NCBI GenBank assembly: GCA_934691225.1
Contig: CAKUSQ010000001.1
Span: forward strand, 264,927 to 328,926
Direction of reading: 5' to 3'
Source of the DNA: an uncultured Opitutales bacterium
GTDB taxonomy: Bacteria; Verrucomicrobiota; Verrucomicrobiia; Opitutales; UBA9783
Length of the DNA stretch: 64,000 nt
Shown: one piece after another, positions 9,551 through 19,562 of the stretch
Layout: each line of letters starts with the position of its first letter
Numbering within the stretch: the first letter of the stretch is position 1
Made by a program: the position numbers and the translations under genes
Notes under the pieces: generated by a model
Database searches by the model: none
Told to the model about the DNA's origin: nothing
Seen by the model: only the letters and a program-made list of their open reading frames with translations

Positions 9551-10384
9551 ATGTTATTCTTAATATCACTTTGGGTACTTAGTTGCTTCCTTTATGGAAC
9601 ATTCTTATGGGTAAAATCTTTTCTAAAAAAAACAATTTACAGAAATCATTTAATGCCCTTATCGGTATCCTGGTTTAAATTTTTTCTTGTATGCATTGGC
9701 TTTTTTTTCTCACAACTCATTGCGCAACAATTTGCTTTACCATTTACACATCAGGTAAAAAATGAAACTGAACGAACCCTGTTACTTTCATTTATTTCGG
9801 AAATAGCTTTGTTTTTATTTGTATGTTTAGCCATTATTAACAATTCACAATTTTATAAGGGTTTACAAACATCAAAATTACATTTCAAATTAAAAATTAA
9901 ATTCAGCTTTGAAGGTTACTGTAAAGTTTTACCGGCTTTGCTTATTATCACAAACGCTTGGGAATACATTCTAAAAATTTTATCTTCTTGTGGACTTCCT
10001 TTAACCATCGATCCTCAACCTATTGTCCAACTACTAAGTCAAAAAAATTTCAGCAACATTAGCATATATACCACAGGAATTTCCGTTATTTTATTAGCCC
10101 CATTTTGTGAAGAGATTTTCTTTCGTGGCGTTTTGCTCCGATTTATACATTCATTTTTACCTCTAAATCGCAGTCTATGGATATCCAGCACCATTTTTGC
10201 GTGTGCACATCAACATTTCGCAACTTTTCTGCCGCTATTATTCTTAGGGTATTGGTTAGGGCTTCACTACGCTAAAACAGGAAACATTTGGGTCAATATT
10301 GGCATTCATTCTCTATTCAATGGAACTAATTACCTGCTAATTTTTTTACTCAAAGCTTATGAATTCGTGCCATATCATTCATAA
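9551..10384 (+). CDS. CPBP (CAAX/Abi) family intramembrane glutamic endopeptidase
   Basis: Polytopic protein with the three CPBP motifs FCEEIFFRGVLL (EExxxR), FACAHQHF (FxxxH) and IGIHSLFNG (HxxxN). Confidence 0.8.
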   Translation: MLFLISLWVLSCFLYGTFLWVKSFLKKTIYRNHLMPLSVSWFKFFLVCIGFFFSQLIAQQFALPFTHQVKNETERTLLLSFISEIALFLFVCLAIINNSQFYKGLQTSKLHFKLKIKFSFEGYCKVLPALLIITNAWEYILKILSSCGLPLTIDPQPIVQLLSQKNFSNISIYTTGISVILLAPFCEEIFFRGVLLRFIHSFLPLNRSLWISSTIFACAHQHFATFLPLLFLGYWLGLHYAKTGNIWVNIGIHSLFNGTNYLLIFLLKAYEFVPYHS

Positions 10385-10781
10385 TGAAACAGAATTAAAA
10401 ACTTATGCAAGTGAAATTGCTAAACAGTGTTCTGAACAATATTGTATAGCTCTTCATGGTGCATTAGGTGTAGGCAAAACAACTTTTGTAAAATACTTAG
10501 GACAAAGTTGGAACATTTTCGATGTAAAAAGCCCTTCCTTTGACATTGTCAACGTTCATATTGGGCAACGAAGGCTTATACACATGGATGCTTACCGACT
10601 AAATCATCAGGACTTAATAACGTTTGCCATCGATGACTTATGTATTCCACCTTTTTGCCTTATCGTAGAATGGCCTGAATGTTTACCCACTACCATTCCT
10701 TTTAACCTTCACTTGCACTTTTCAATCCTATCTGATTCATCTCGACAAATTATAACTAAAAAAATCACCGATGTTTCATAA
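10359..10781 (+). CDS. tsaE: tRNA t6A37 biosynthesis ATPase TsaE
   Basis: 140 aa with P-loop HGALGVGKTTFVK and the downstream HMDAYRL motif. Confidence 0.8.
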   Translation: MNSCHIIHNETELKTYASEIAKQCSEQYCIALHGALGVGKTTFVKYLGQSWNIFDVKSPSFDIVNVHIGQRRLIHMDAYRLNHQDLITFAIDDLCIPPFCLIVEWPECLPTTIPFNLHLHFSILSDSSRQIITKKITDVS

Positions 10782-11253
10782 ATACTGCTATTTATCTCCC
10801 TTAGGCCCCATTCATATTGAAACGAATAACGAAGCTATTACGAAATTAACGTTTATCTCTAAAACATTTTCAAACGATATAAAAACGCCTCTATTTCAAA
10901 AGATTTGCACGCAACTGGATGAATACTTTAACGGAACTCGGCACACCTTCGAAACTCTTCAGTTAAAACCTACGGGCACACCTTTTCAACAAACCGTTTG
11001 GAAAGAACTGCTAAACATCCCTTACGGACAAACTTGTTGCTATCAAGCAATAGCACTTGCCATTCATCGACCTAAAGCAGCACGTGCAGCTGGACAAGCC
11101 ATTCATTGCAATCCTATTGCAATTTTAATCCCTTGCCACAGAGTCATTGGAAAATCAGGATATTTAACAGGGTATGCTGCTGGATTACAACGAAAAGCAT
11201 ACCTTCTACAACTCGAAAAAATGCACAAAATTATTACGAAGACATCGGAATGA
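10771..11253 (+). CDS. ogt: Methylated-DNA--protein-cysteine methyltransferase (Ogt/MGMT)
   Basis: FQQTVWKELLNIPYGQTCCYQAIA and the active-site motif IPCHRVIG. Confidence 0.85.
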   Translation: MFHKYCYLSPLGPIHIETNNEAITKLTFISKTFSNDIKTPLFQKICTQLDEYFNGTRHTFETLQLKPTGTPFQQTVWKELLNIPYGQTCCYQAIALAIHRPKAARAAGQAIHCNPIAILIPCHRVIGKSGYLTGYAAGLQRKAYLLQLEKMHKIITKTSE

Positions 11254-12667
11254 TTTTATAAGATTCCTTAGAATCCAAAATTTTCCATCCTGATTGCTCT
11301 AAAATATGTCGAATGTCATCAGCTTCTTTAAAATTACGCGCTTGTTTAGCAATCCAACGTTGCTCTGCCATACGTCGCACTGGCAAAGGAATTTCAATCA
11401 ACTCTGACACATCTTCATTTTTTAAAACAATTCCTAAACTGTAAAGGCAAGCAGCCCATTCGCGTAAAAACTGTGGCATTTGCACTTGATCCACATTCAC
11501 ATCCTTATGCACGAATGAAAAAAGACATCCAAGAGCTTTCGGAACATTTAAATCATCTAGCAAGCTTTCAAAAAAATCAGGCAAAAACAGACAGCTTTCT
11601 GGCAATGTAACTGAATTCATGAATGCCTTAAACGAATCTAAGGAAGCTTGTGCACGTTCTAATACCTTTAATGTATACGTCTGTATCTTTTGCAAAGCAC
11701 TTCGAGAAGCTTGCAATAAATCAAAAGTAAAATTTAACGATTGCCGATAATGTCCTGCTAACAAAGCATATCGAACTGCTTCAGGTGCATAATTTCTTTC
11801 CTGCAACATGTCCAATGTTAACAGGTTGCCCAAACTTTTGGACATTTTTTGCCCTTCAACTTTTAAGTGAGCAATATGTAGCCAATGATGAACAAAAGGA
11901 CTTCCGTAAGCCGCTTCTGACTGGGCAATCTCATTTTCATGATGTGGAAAACACAAATCTATTCCACCCGCATGCAAATCAACAGTTTTTCCTAAGTATA
12001 AATGTGACATAGCGCTGCATTCAATGTGCCAACCTGGTCGTCCTTTTCCCCAAGGACTCTCCCAAAATACTTCACCATCTTCTGCTTTATACGCTTTCCA
12101 AAGCGCGAAATCAGCAACTTGTTCCCGATCATACTCATCCGCATCGTTGGATAAACCTGCACTATTTTGTTCTTGCGTCTTTAATGAATTCAGTTCCAAC
12201 CGCGATAATTTTCCATAATCTTTAAAGGAATTTATTCTGAAATAAACAGAACCATTTCGAACATAAGCATGCCCCTTTTCAATAAGTAACTGAATTAAAG
12301 CTTGCTGTTCTTGTATGGTTTCTGTTGCACGCGGCTCCAAACTTGGAGGCAACAAATTCAAACGCTGACAATCTCTATTAAAAATATTAATCCAATATTG
12401 CGTATAATCGCGCAAAGACTGATGTTGTTCGCTCGCACCTCGAATTGTTTTGTCATCCACATCTGTCAAATTTCGAACGTATTTAACACTAAAATTCAAC
12501 AAATTCAATATACGCAAAACGGTATCTTGCACCACATACGTCCTAAAATTTCCGATGTGTGCTGGACCATAAACCGTTGGTCCACAGCAATAAACACCAA
12601 AAAAATCTTCCTTTTTACGAAGTTCTTCACATTGACGCGTTTGCGTATTAAATAATTTCAAATTCAT
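11234..12667 (-). CDS. cysS: Cysteine--tRNA ligase
   Basis: CGPTVYGPAHIGNFRTYV (HIGH-type) and KMSKSLGN (KMSKS). 477 aa. Its 3' end overlaps the convergent ogt by 20 nt. Confidence 0.95.
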   Translation of the reverse strand: MNLKLFNTQTRQCEELRKKEDFFGVYCCGPTVYGPAHIGNFRTYVVQDTVLRILNLLNFSVKYVRNLTDVDDKTIRGASEQHQSLRDYTQYWINIFNRDCQRLNLLPPSLEPRATETIQEQQALIQLLIEKGHAYVRNGSVYFRINSFKDYGKLSRLELNSLKTQEQNSAGLSNDADEYDREQVADFALWKAYKAEDGEVFWESPWGKGRPGWHIECSAMSHLYLGKTVDLHAGGIDLCFPHHENEIAQSEAAYGSPFVHHWLHIAHLKVEGQKMSKSLGNLLTLDMLQERNYAPEAVRYALLAGHYRQSLNFTFDLLQASRSALQKIQTYTLKVLERAQASLDSFKAFMNSVTLPESCLFLPDFFESLLDDLNVPKALGCLFSFVHKDVNVDQVQMPQFLREWAACLYSLGIVLKNEDVSELIEIPLPVRRMAEQRWIAKQARNFKEADDIRHILEQSGWKILDSKESYKIIPMSS

Positions 12668-12669
12668 CG

Positions 12670-13131
12670 TTAGATACGTAACATTGTATTTACATCAGGG
12701 TCAACAGCCGATGGTTTCCATTCTTGACGATAAGATTTCCACAAAGACTGGATATGCCGAACTGATGCTATAAAACGATCAAATTGCTGAGAAAAAGAAT
12801 CTTTATCTAAGTGCTCAGCAGGATACCTTTGATGGAAAACCACACGCTGTGAAATTTCTTCGAAACTCAATGTTCCACCTTGCGTATCTTTACCCCACAA
12901 ATTCCATTTTAATGCACATTCTAAATCTTGCTGTCGATTTTCAGCATCATTTAAAACAACAATGGGTGCACAAAAATAAACATACGATGAATCATCGGGT
13001 ACATCCACAACATATTCTTGACCATCTTCATCGCAAGCTGCAAAAACCCCATCTGAATTTAAACGAAAAAACTTTCCTTTGGCATTACCATACTGCCGCA
13101 ACCAATCATTAACTTGCTCTTTTAAATTCAT
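12670..13131 (-). CDS. Hypothetical protein with a CesT/SycE/Scc-type (type III secretion chaperone / YbjN-like) sequence pattern
   Basis: 153 aa, acidic. Pattern: N-terminal helix (QVNDWLRQYG), then FRLNSDGVFAACDEDGQEYVVDVPDDSSYVYFCAPIVVL, ALKWNLWGKDTQGGTLSF, VVFHQRYPAEHLDKDSFSQQFDRFIASVRHIQSLW. The start overlaps the clpC stop by 4 nt, and the stop lies 2 nt from the cysS start. Confidence 0.45.
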   Translation of the reverse strand: MNLKEQVNDWLRQYGNAKGKFFRLNSDGVFAACDEDGQEYVVDVPDDSSYVYFCAPIVVLNDAENRQQDLECALKWNLWGKDTQGGTLSFEEISQRVVFHQRYPAEHLDKDSFSQQFDRFIASVRHIQSLWKSYRQEWKPSAVDPDVNTMLRI

Positions 13132-15707
13132 TGTTTAACCCCCAAAACACACTTTCTTTTCATTTTCGTACTGGTTTTTGAAACCGAGTAACTTAGTTTT
13201 TGATTTTTTTCATCAACCATCATAGTAACACACTGCCCTGCTTTGATATTTCGCTCCAATAAACCATCTGCCAAAACATCTTCCACATAACGTTCAATAG
13301 CTCTTTTTAACGGTCGTGCTCCCATTTTATCATCAAAGCCTTTATCAATCAAGAACTGTTTAGCCTCAGCACTCAAAACAATATCTATCGCTTTATCAGC
13401 CAAACGTTTTTGAACATTTTTTAACTCCAATTCAACAATGTGATTCATATGATCACGCGTTAACGGTTTAAAAATCACGATTTCACCTATACGATTCAAA
13501 AATTCTGGCTGAAACGCTGACTTTACCGCTTCTTGCACATTCGATTTCATTTGCTCAAACGCTAACACAGGTGAAACAATCCCAAAACCAAGCCCTACAT
13601 TTCGCTGTAATGCTTGCGCACCCACGTTCGATGTCATCACTATAATGGCATTTTTAAAATCAACACGACGTCCTAAACTATCGGTTAAATGCCCTTCTTC
13701 AAGAATCTGCAATAAGATTTGAATGACATCTGGATGTGCCTTTTCTATTTCATCAAATAAAACAATAGAATACGGCTTTCGACGAATTGCTTCCGTTAAT
13801 TGTCCACCATCCTCATGCCCTACATATCCAGGAGGAGAACCAATTAAACGCGATACGGTATGCTTTTCCATGTATTCTGACATATCGATCTGAACAATTG
13901 CTTCACGATCGCCAAAAATACGCTCAGCTAAAACTTTTACTAAATACGTTTTTCCAACACCTGTAGGACCTAAAAACAAAAAAGAACCTATAGGCCTTTT
14001 AGGATCCTTCAAATCCGCTTTAGAGCGCTTCAATGCACGTGCAACAACATCAATAGCTTCATTTTGCCCTACAACACTCTCTTCCAATGCCTTATCTAAA
14101 TTCAAAAAACGTTTTAATTCATGCGATCCCATTCGTTCAACAGGAATACCTGTCCAATCGAATACAATCTTTTGAAGTGTTTCTTCCTTTACTTGAAGTC
14201 GCTTTGAATGGCACTGACGTTTCCAATTTTCTAAAAGTTTTGCACGCTCATTATTTAACAACTGCTCTTCATCACGCCAACGAGCTGCCTCTTCAAAATG
14301 TTGTTCATGGATCGCTTCTACCTTCTTTAACTTAACTGCCTGAATATTTTGATCCAAAACATCGGTAGATGGCGCAATTTCCATCCCTAAAATCTTAGTC
14401 CTTGCACCCGCCTCATCCAGCAAATCAATAGCTTTGTCAGGGAACACACGATTTGTAATATAACGCTGCGTTAAACCTATTGATTGTTTTAAAATAGCTT
14501 CTGAATAACAAACATTATGAAAACATTCATAGCGTGGTTTCAACCCTTCTAAAATTTTTAAGGTTTCTTTTTCGGAAGGTGGTTCTACTAAAACCGATTG
14601 GAAACGTCGACTTAAAGCCATATCTTTTTCTATATAACGGCGATATTCTTCCAACGTCGTTGCACCAATACACTGCATCTGTCCACGCGCTAAAGCTGGC
14701 TTTAAAATATTAGAAGCATCCATTGAACCTTCGGCAGAACCTGCACCTACGATGGTATGCAGCTCATCCAAAAACAAAACAATATTGGAATTTTCAACTT
14801 CTAACATCAAATTTTTCAAACGTTCTTCAAATTGTCCACGATACTTAGTCCCTGATAATAACAATGCTAAATCTAGACTAAATATCGTCTTATCCAACAA
14901 TGAATCCGGCACTTGCCCATCAACAATACGCCGAGCCAATCCTTCAACGACAGCAGTTTTTCCAACTCCAGCTTCCCCAATTAGAACTGGATTATTTTTT
15001 GTTCGTCGGCATAAAATTTGAATTAAGCGTTCAATTTCTTTTTCTCGACCAATGACCGGATCTAATTCATTATTCTTAGCTTTAAGCGTCAAATCACATC
15101 CGAAACTTTTTAGTATAGATACGCGAGCTCCTGTCGAATATCCCGATGTAAAAGCTGTATCATTATCTAAATCTTCATCGTCATCTAAAGAATTTTCATC
15201 ATCATCAAACAAATCATCATCCTCCTCAGAACATTCATCATCCGATGACATTTCCGCTAAAATTTCATGCCGACATTCAACAGGATCTATATCTAAAACC
15301 TGCAAAATTCTCGCACCTAAACCTTTCCCTTCCTCCAATAAACCCAAAAGCAAATGCTCTGTACCAATATAAGCATGTCTAAATTCTTTTGATTTTTGAT
15401 CCGCTAATTGCAAAACTTTTCGGGCACGAGGTGTCATAGGAACCCCTAACATACGGCTCAAAGTATCCACCGCCACATGCCCTTCTGATTCATTTTTTCC
15501 AGCTGCAATATGCTGCTCCAAAGCATCATGTACCGTTTCAATATCTAAACCCATTTTTTGCAGAATTCGAACAGCAATTCCCTGTTTTATTTCCAAAAGA
15601 CCAAGGAGAAGGTGATCTGTACCTAAACATTTTTGGTGCAGTTTTAATACTAATTTTTTAGCTAAAACAAAAACTTGCTGAGCTTTCGGTGTTAAATTAC
15701 GAAACAT
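13128..15707 (-). CDS. clpC: ATP-dependent Clp protease ATP-binding subunit ClpC (class I AAA+, two NBDs, UVR motif)
   Basis: Clp_N repeats ([20 protein letters not shown]), Walker A motifs [15 protein letters not shown] and [15 protein letters not shown], and the UVR-like [14 protein letters not shown]. Carries an unusual acidic insertion at aa 154-183. Confidence 0.93.
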   Translation of the reverse strand: MFRNLTPKAQQVFVLAKKLVLKLHQKCLGTDHLLLGLLEIKQGIAVRILQKMGLDIETVHDALEQHIAAGKNESEGHVAVDTLSRMLGVPMTPRARKVLQLADQKSKEFRHAYIGTEHLLLGLLEEGKGLGARILQVLDIDPVECRHEILAEMSSDDECSEEDDDLFDDDENSLDDDEDLDNDTAFTSGYSTGARVSILKSFGCDLTLKAKNNELDPVIGREKEIERLIQILCRRTKNNPVLIGEAGVGKTAVVEGLARRIVDGQVPDSLLDKTIFSLDLALLLSGTKYRGQFEERLKNLMLEVENSNIVLFLDELHTIVGAGSAEGSMDASNILKPALARGQMQCIGATTLEEYRRYIEKDMALSRRFQSVLVEPPSEKETLKILEGLKPRYECFHNVCYSEAILKQSIGLTQRYITNRVFPDKAIDLLDEAGARTKILGMEIAPSTDVLDQNIQAVKLKKVEAIHEQHFEEAARWRDEEQLLNNERAKLLENWKRQCHSKRLQVKEETLQKIVFDWTGIPVERMGSHELKRFLNLDKALEESVVGQNEAIDVVARALKRSKADLKDPKRPIGSFLFLGPTGVGKTYLVKVLAERIFGDREAIVQIDMSEYMEKHTVSRLIGSPPGYVGHEDGGQLTEAIRRKPYSIVLFDEIEKAHPDVIQILLQILEEGHLTDSLGRRVDFKNAIIVMTSNVGAQALQRNVGLGFGIVSPVLAFEQMKSNVQEAVKSAFQPEFLNRIGEIVIFKPLTRDHMNHIVELELKNVQKRLADKAIDIVLSAEAKQFLIDKGFDDKMGARPLKRAIERYVEDVLADGLLERNIKAGQCVTMMVDEKNQKLSYSVSKTSTKMKRKCVLGVKQ

Positions 15708-16803
15708 GCGAACCCTCCTCTGTTTTTACGATAAATGGATCTGAAATCTTTGAAAAATAATTACGTAAAATATCCGCCCTAACGGTATTTTCCTCTTCGG
15801 GTTTAAATTCTTTTTGAAAAGTTACTTTTAAGCCAAAAGTTGACATGGATTGCCACAATCGCATAAATGAATTCTCATCCATTCCAACAAACATTCCCAT
15901 ACGAAAAGCCATTGCAACAACCGACAACAAATTCATAGCTTCTTCAAAAGAAATCTCATAACAATGCCGTAACAAACCCCAAGCACGACTTACACTATCT
16001 CTAATAAATGTAGCATGCTTTGTCTTTATAACTTCTCTAGCTTCTTCCTCTTTTTGAATAATCAACTGATTGGCACTTTCAAAATGGTTAAGCAAAGTAA
16101 TTTCGTCACATCCTCTTCCAAAAGTATTTGAAATATAAAAAAAATGAGCAAGGTATTCATCCTTCACACGTTTGGCAATTTTAAATTTCAACTGCAATTC
16201 TTTCAAAGCTTCCTGAACATGATTTATTTGGCGAAAAAAACAAAGTCCCGGAAGATGCAGCAAACCTTCTGTCAAGAGTCCTGTTCCTAAATAGGATGGT
16301 GAACACGTATAATAACCTAATTCTGGGTTAAATGCATAATCCAATTGTGTTTCTAACTGTGTATCCAGTGCATCTATCACCGACCACAACTCCTTATATG
16401 TTAAAAAGCTTGATATATATTGTAAACGACAATGATCGCCATCATTTACGATAATCTGAACAAAATTTTTTCGATTTACCCATACAACCGTTTCATCACA
16501 AGGATTTTCCAAACGGCACAAACTTCTTAACAAAACACCTTCTACAGGATTGCATGATGCCAAAGCAATGGCAAACCACTCTGTTGACAAATTCAATACG
16601 TTCGTTAAAGCTTTTTTTATTTTTTCCAAAACTTCAAAGCGTTGATGAGCCGAAGCCTGAAATGAAAAAGGGAACCCACTGATATTTCTCGATAAACATA
16701 CACGACCGTAACACCGAATATCAATACACTTAAACTGCATTCGTTGTTCCCACAAATCATGAATTTCTTGTCGTATGTTCATATGTTTTCGCTTCGGTAT
16801 CAT
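15697..16803 (-). CDS. mcsB: McsB-like ATP:guanido phosphotransferase domain protein (divergent catalytic signature)
   Basis: 368 aa, collinear with protein-arginine kinase McsB (LDYAFNPELGYYT, LGTGL, HLPGL, FYISNTFGRG), directly upstream of and overlapping clpC. The signature reads TCSPSYLGTGLL instead of SCPTNVGTGLR. Confidence 0.6.
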   Translation of the reverse strand: MIPKRKHMNIRQEIHDLWEQRMQFKCIDIRCYGRVCLSRNISGFPFSFQASAHQRFEVLEKIKKALTNVLNLSTEWFAIALASCNPVEGVLLRSLCRLENPCDETVVWVNRKNFVQIIVNDGDHCRLQYISSFLTYKELWSVIDALDTQLETQLDYAFNPELGYYTCSPSYLGTGLLTEGLLHLPGLCFFRQINHVQEALKELQLKFKIAKRVKDEYLAHFFYISNTFGRGCDEITLLNHFESANQLIIQKEEEAREVIKTKHATFIRDSVSRAWGLLRHCYEISFEEAMNLLSVVAMAFRMGMFVGMDENSFMRLWQSMSTFGLKVTFQKEFKPEEENTVRADILRNYFSKISDPFIVKTEEGSHVS

Positions 16804-16891
16804 GGAATTTTTCAGTCAAACACGCAAGCATTTAATACGTATAACGGAAGATTTTTTTATTAATTCAAGAAAAAACGCTTAAAAAATAACG

Positions 16892-18121
16892 TTATTCTTT
16901 TAAAACAGTATCCAATTTCTCTGGCATGTGCATTTCGGTATTTTTTTTCGAAAATGTATTCAATTTTTTAGCGGCAGGGAGCATTCGAAGTTCCAATGAC
17001 CCTAGCAATTGATTATAACTATCCACGGTTCTAGACAAATTTTTCCTCAAATCCTGAAAGTAAACACCAAACGTAAGCATTCGTTCGTAGAGGTCACCTG
17101 CTAATTTTTCCACAGTTTTTACTTCCTCTATCATTTTATTTTGCCGCCAACCGTAATGTATAGATTTTAACAACGCAATCAATGTGGTCGGTGTTGCAAA
17201 AACAACGTTGTTTTGACAGCCGTATTCAATCAACGAACCATCCACCTGCATTGCATGACTAAAAATCCATTCACCTGGAAAAAACAAAACAACAAAATCA
17301 GCAGAATTTTCAAAATAAAGACCATAGTTTCTTGCACTCAATTTTGATACAAGTTCCCGGATGCGTTGGCAACAATTCCTTAAAACTTTTTGTTGTCTTT
17401 CTTCCGTTTGATGCTCTGTAATAGCAGACAAATAATCTTCCAACTGCGGCGTTTTAGCGTCAACAATAACGCAACGATCATTGGGTAAACGAATCACCAT
17501 ATCCGGCCTCAAACTGCCATCTTGAACAGACACTTGAACATCGAAATCAACGTATTCTAACATTCCTGCCATTTCAACAATCCGCTTCAATTGAAGTTCT
17601 CCCCAACGTCCGCGTTGATTTGGATTACAAAAAGCATTTGTCAAAAAATCTGTTTTGCTTTCCAATTTTAACTGCAGTTGATTAAATTGTTGCAACTGTT
17701 CTTTAAACGTTATATCCGTTTTTTGTCTCTCTTGCTCCAAATGTTCAACCTTCATCGTAAAACGATTCAAATCTGATTTCAAAGGATCCATCATTTTTTC
17801 CAATAAAATCCTCTGATTGCTTAAAACATCCTTTGTTTCCGCACTGTATTGTTTCAAACCATCCTCAGCTAATTGAACAAAGGTCCTCGCATTTTCTTTA
17901 AACAATTCTAAAGATGTTGTCTTAAAACACTGCGTTAAACGCTCATCTAAACCATCCAATTGTTGATGATAACTTCGTGAAACGATTTTTTCAGCTGCTA
18001 ATTCTGCTTTCAATACAGCATTTTCATCATGAAGTACATCATATTTTTTGGCTCGTAACAAATCTCTACGCACCCATAATAGCGTCAATACAATGCCCAA
18101 AAAAACACCTAGACATATCAT
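16892..18121 (-). CDS. rmuC: DNA recombination protein RmuC
   Basis: N-terminal TM segment, long coiled coil, then the RmuC nuclease-like core (RGRWGELQLKRIVEMAGM, PDMVIRLPNDRCVIVDAKTP, ADFVVLFFPGE). Confidence 0.85.
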   Translation of the reverse strand: MICLGVFLGIVLTLLWVRRDLLRAKKYDVLHDENAVLKAELAAEKIVSRSYHQQLDGLDERLTQCFKTTSLELFKENARTFVQLAEDGLKQYSAETKDVLSNQRILLEKMMDPLKSDLNRFTMKVEHLEQERQKTDITFKEQLQQFNQLQLKLESKTDFLTNAFCNPNQRGRWGELQLKRIVEMAGMLEYVDFDVQVSVQDGSLRPDMVIRLPNDRCVIVDAKTPQLEDYLSAITEHQTEERQQKVLRNCCQRIRELVSKLSARNYGLYFENSADFVVLFFPGEWIFSHAMQVDGSLIEYGCQNNVVFATPTTLIALLKSIHYGWRQNKMIEEVKTVEKLAGDLYERMLTFGVYFQDLRKNLSRTVDSYNQLLGSLELRMLPAAKKLNTFSKKNTEMHMPEKLDTVLKE

Positions 18122-19032
18122 AACTCGTTTTCACTACCAACAACTGCACTTACATAAGAATCAACCGAAAAAGGCTGTAAATCTTCCGGACCTTCACCAA
18201 GTCCTACAAAATAAATAGGAACATGCAGCGCATTAAAGATTCCCACCAAAGCACCCCCTTTACTCGTTCCATCCAATTTCGTAACAATAAGCCCTGTCAA
18301 TCCAATCGCCTCATTAAACAATTTAGCTTGTGCAATGGAATTTGTTCCTAAAGAACCATCTACAACTAACCAACGATGTTGAGGAAATGTTGCGTCACAC
18401 TTTTTTAATACACGCACCATTTTTTTCAATTCCTCTAAAAGGCCGGATTTATTGTGTAAACGTCCAGCTGTATCCAATAAAACCCAATTGCATGAGCGAT
18501 GTATACCGGCTTGGCAAACATCATACCCTACTGCAGCAGCATCAGCTCCTTGATGGCTTCCTACACAATCTAATTGTAAACGATCTGCCCATGATTTCAA
18601 TTGCTGATCAGCTGCTGCCCGAAACGTATCACACGATCCTAAAATAACTTTACGACCTTTATTTTTAAGCAAATGACCTAATTTGGCAATCGTCGTTGTT
18701 TTTCCAGCGCCATTTACACCTAACAACATAACAACCTGCAAACATGGCGCATCAGACAATACCCCTTCAGAACCTTTCAATAATTCCGATAATACCTGCC
18801 GTAAAACATCTGCTCCAAAACGCGACTTATCCTCTTTAGCAACAGTTTTCATACGTGCTAAAATCGTTTCAACCACCTCAGGACCAAAATCTGCTTCATA
18901 AAGAATCGCTTCAATCCTATTCCAATCAGCATCTGTAATAGCTTTCTTTTTAAAAATACTGAATAATCCTGTCGCTAAATGCTTTTGCGTTTTTACAAAA
19001 CTATCCTTAAATCTCTTAAAAAAATTAAACAT
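18118..19032 (-). CDS. ftsY: Signal recognition particle receptor FtsY (NG domain only)
   Basis: GVNGAGKTTTIAKL, DTAGRLHNK, TKLDGTSKGG. Confidence 0.92.
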   Translation of the reverse strand: MFNFFKRFKDSFVKTQKHLATGLFSIFKKKAITDADWNRIEAILYEADFGPEVVETILARMKTVAKEDKSRFGADVLRQVLSELLKGSEGVLSDAPCLQVVMLLGVNGAGKTTTIAKLGHLLKNKGRKVILGSCDTFRAAADQQLKSWADRLQLDCVGSHQGADAAAVGYDVCQAGIHRSCNWVLLDTAGRLHNKSGLLEELKKMVRVLKKCDATFPQHRWLVVDGSLGTNSIAQAKLFNEAIGLTGLIVTKLDGTSKGGALVGIFNALHVPIYFVGLGEGPEDLQPFSVDSYVSAVVGSENEL

Positions 19033-19037
19033 AAATC

Positions 19038-19499
19038 TTACAAATCTTCTTTAGCCACGTGATCTAAAATTCCATTGATAAACCGCTTTGAATCTTCCGA
19101 TGAATATATTTTACTCAATTCTAAAGCCTCATTAATAATGATAGGAACCGGTGTTTTTTTACTAAAAATTAATTCATAAATAGCTAACCTTAGAATAGCC
19201 AAATCCACTTTTGCAACACGCTCAAACGCCCAATTTTTTGCCAATTTACGAATTTTAACATCGATAGGATCTTGATAGTTAATCACACCTCTCAACGATT
19301 CAATTACAAAATCAGTATGTAAAATTTCCGATGAAACATCCTCCTTTTTTTCATCACAATAAGCTTCAAACAAGGCTTCTATAGGAACCTCTCTTTGCAT
19401 TTCCCACATATAAAGGCATTCAATAATGCACTGACGTTGCTGTCGACGTCTCGAACATCCTGATTTTCGTTCGACCCTACCTTCTTGCTCTGATTCCAT
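19038..19499 (-). CDS. nusB: Transcription antitermination factor NusB
   Basis: VDLAILRLAIYELIF, PVPIIINEALELSKIYSSEDSKRFINGILD. Has an N-terminal basic extension. Confidence 0.85.
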   Translation of the reverse strand: MESEQEGRVERKSGCSRRRQQRQCIIECLYMWEMQREVPIEALFEAYCDEKKEDVSSEILHTDFVIESLRGVINYQDPIDVKIRKLAKNWAFERVAKVDLAILRLAIYELIFSKKTPVPIIINEALELSKIYSSEDSKRFINGILDHVAKEDL

Positions 19500-19562
19500 A
19501 GAAAATATTATGAAAACCTGTATTGCTAAGGGTTGTCAATGTTTAAGCTTTACTTTTAATTT

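Noticed and set aside
16804-16891. CtsR operator upstream of mcsB-like/clpC
   Set aside because: Only one AGTCAAA heptad (16814-16820) is present. The CtsR box requires a tandem heptad repeat (GGTCAAA-NAN-GGTCAAA), which I do not see.
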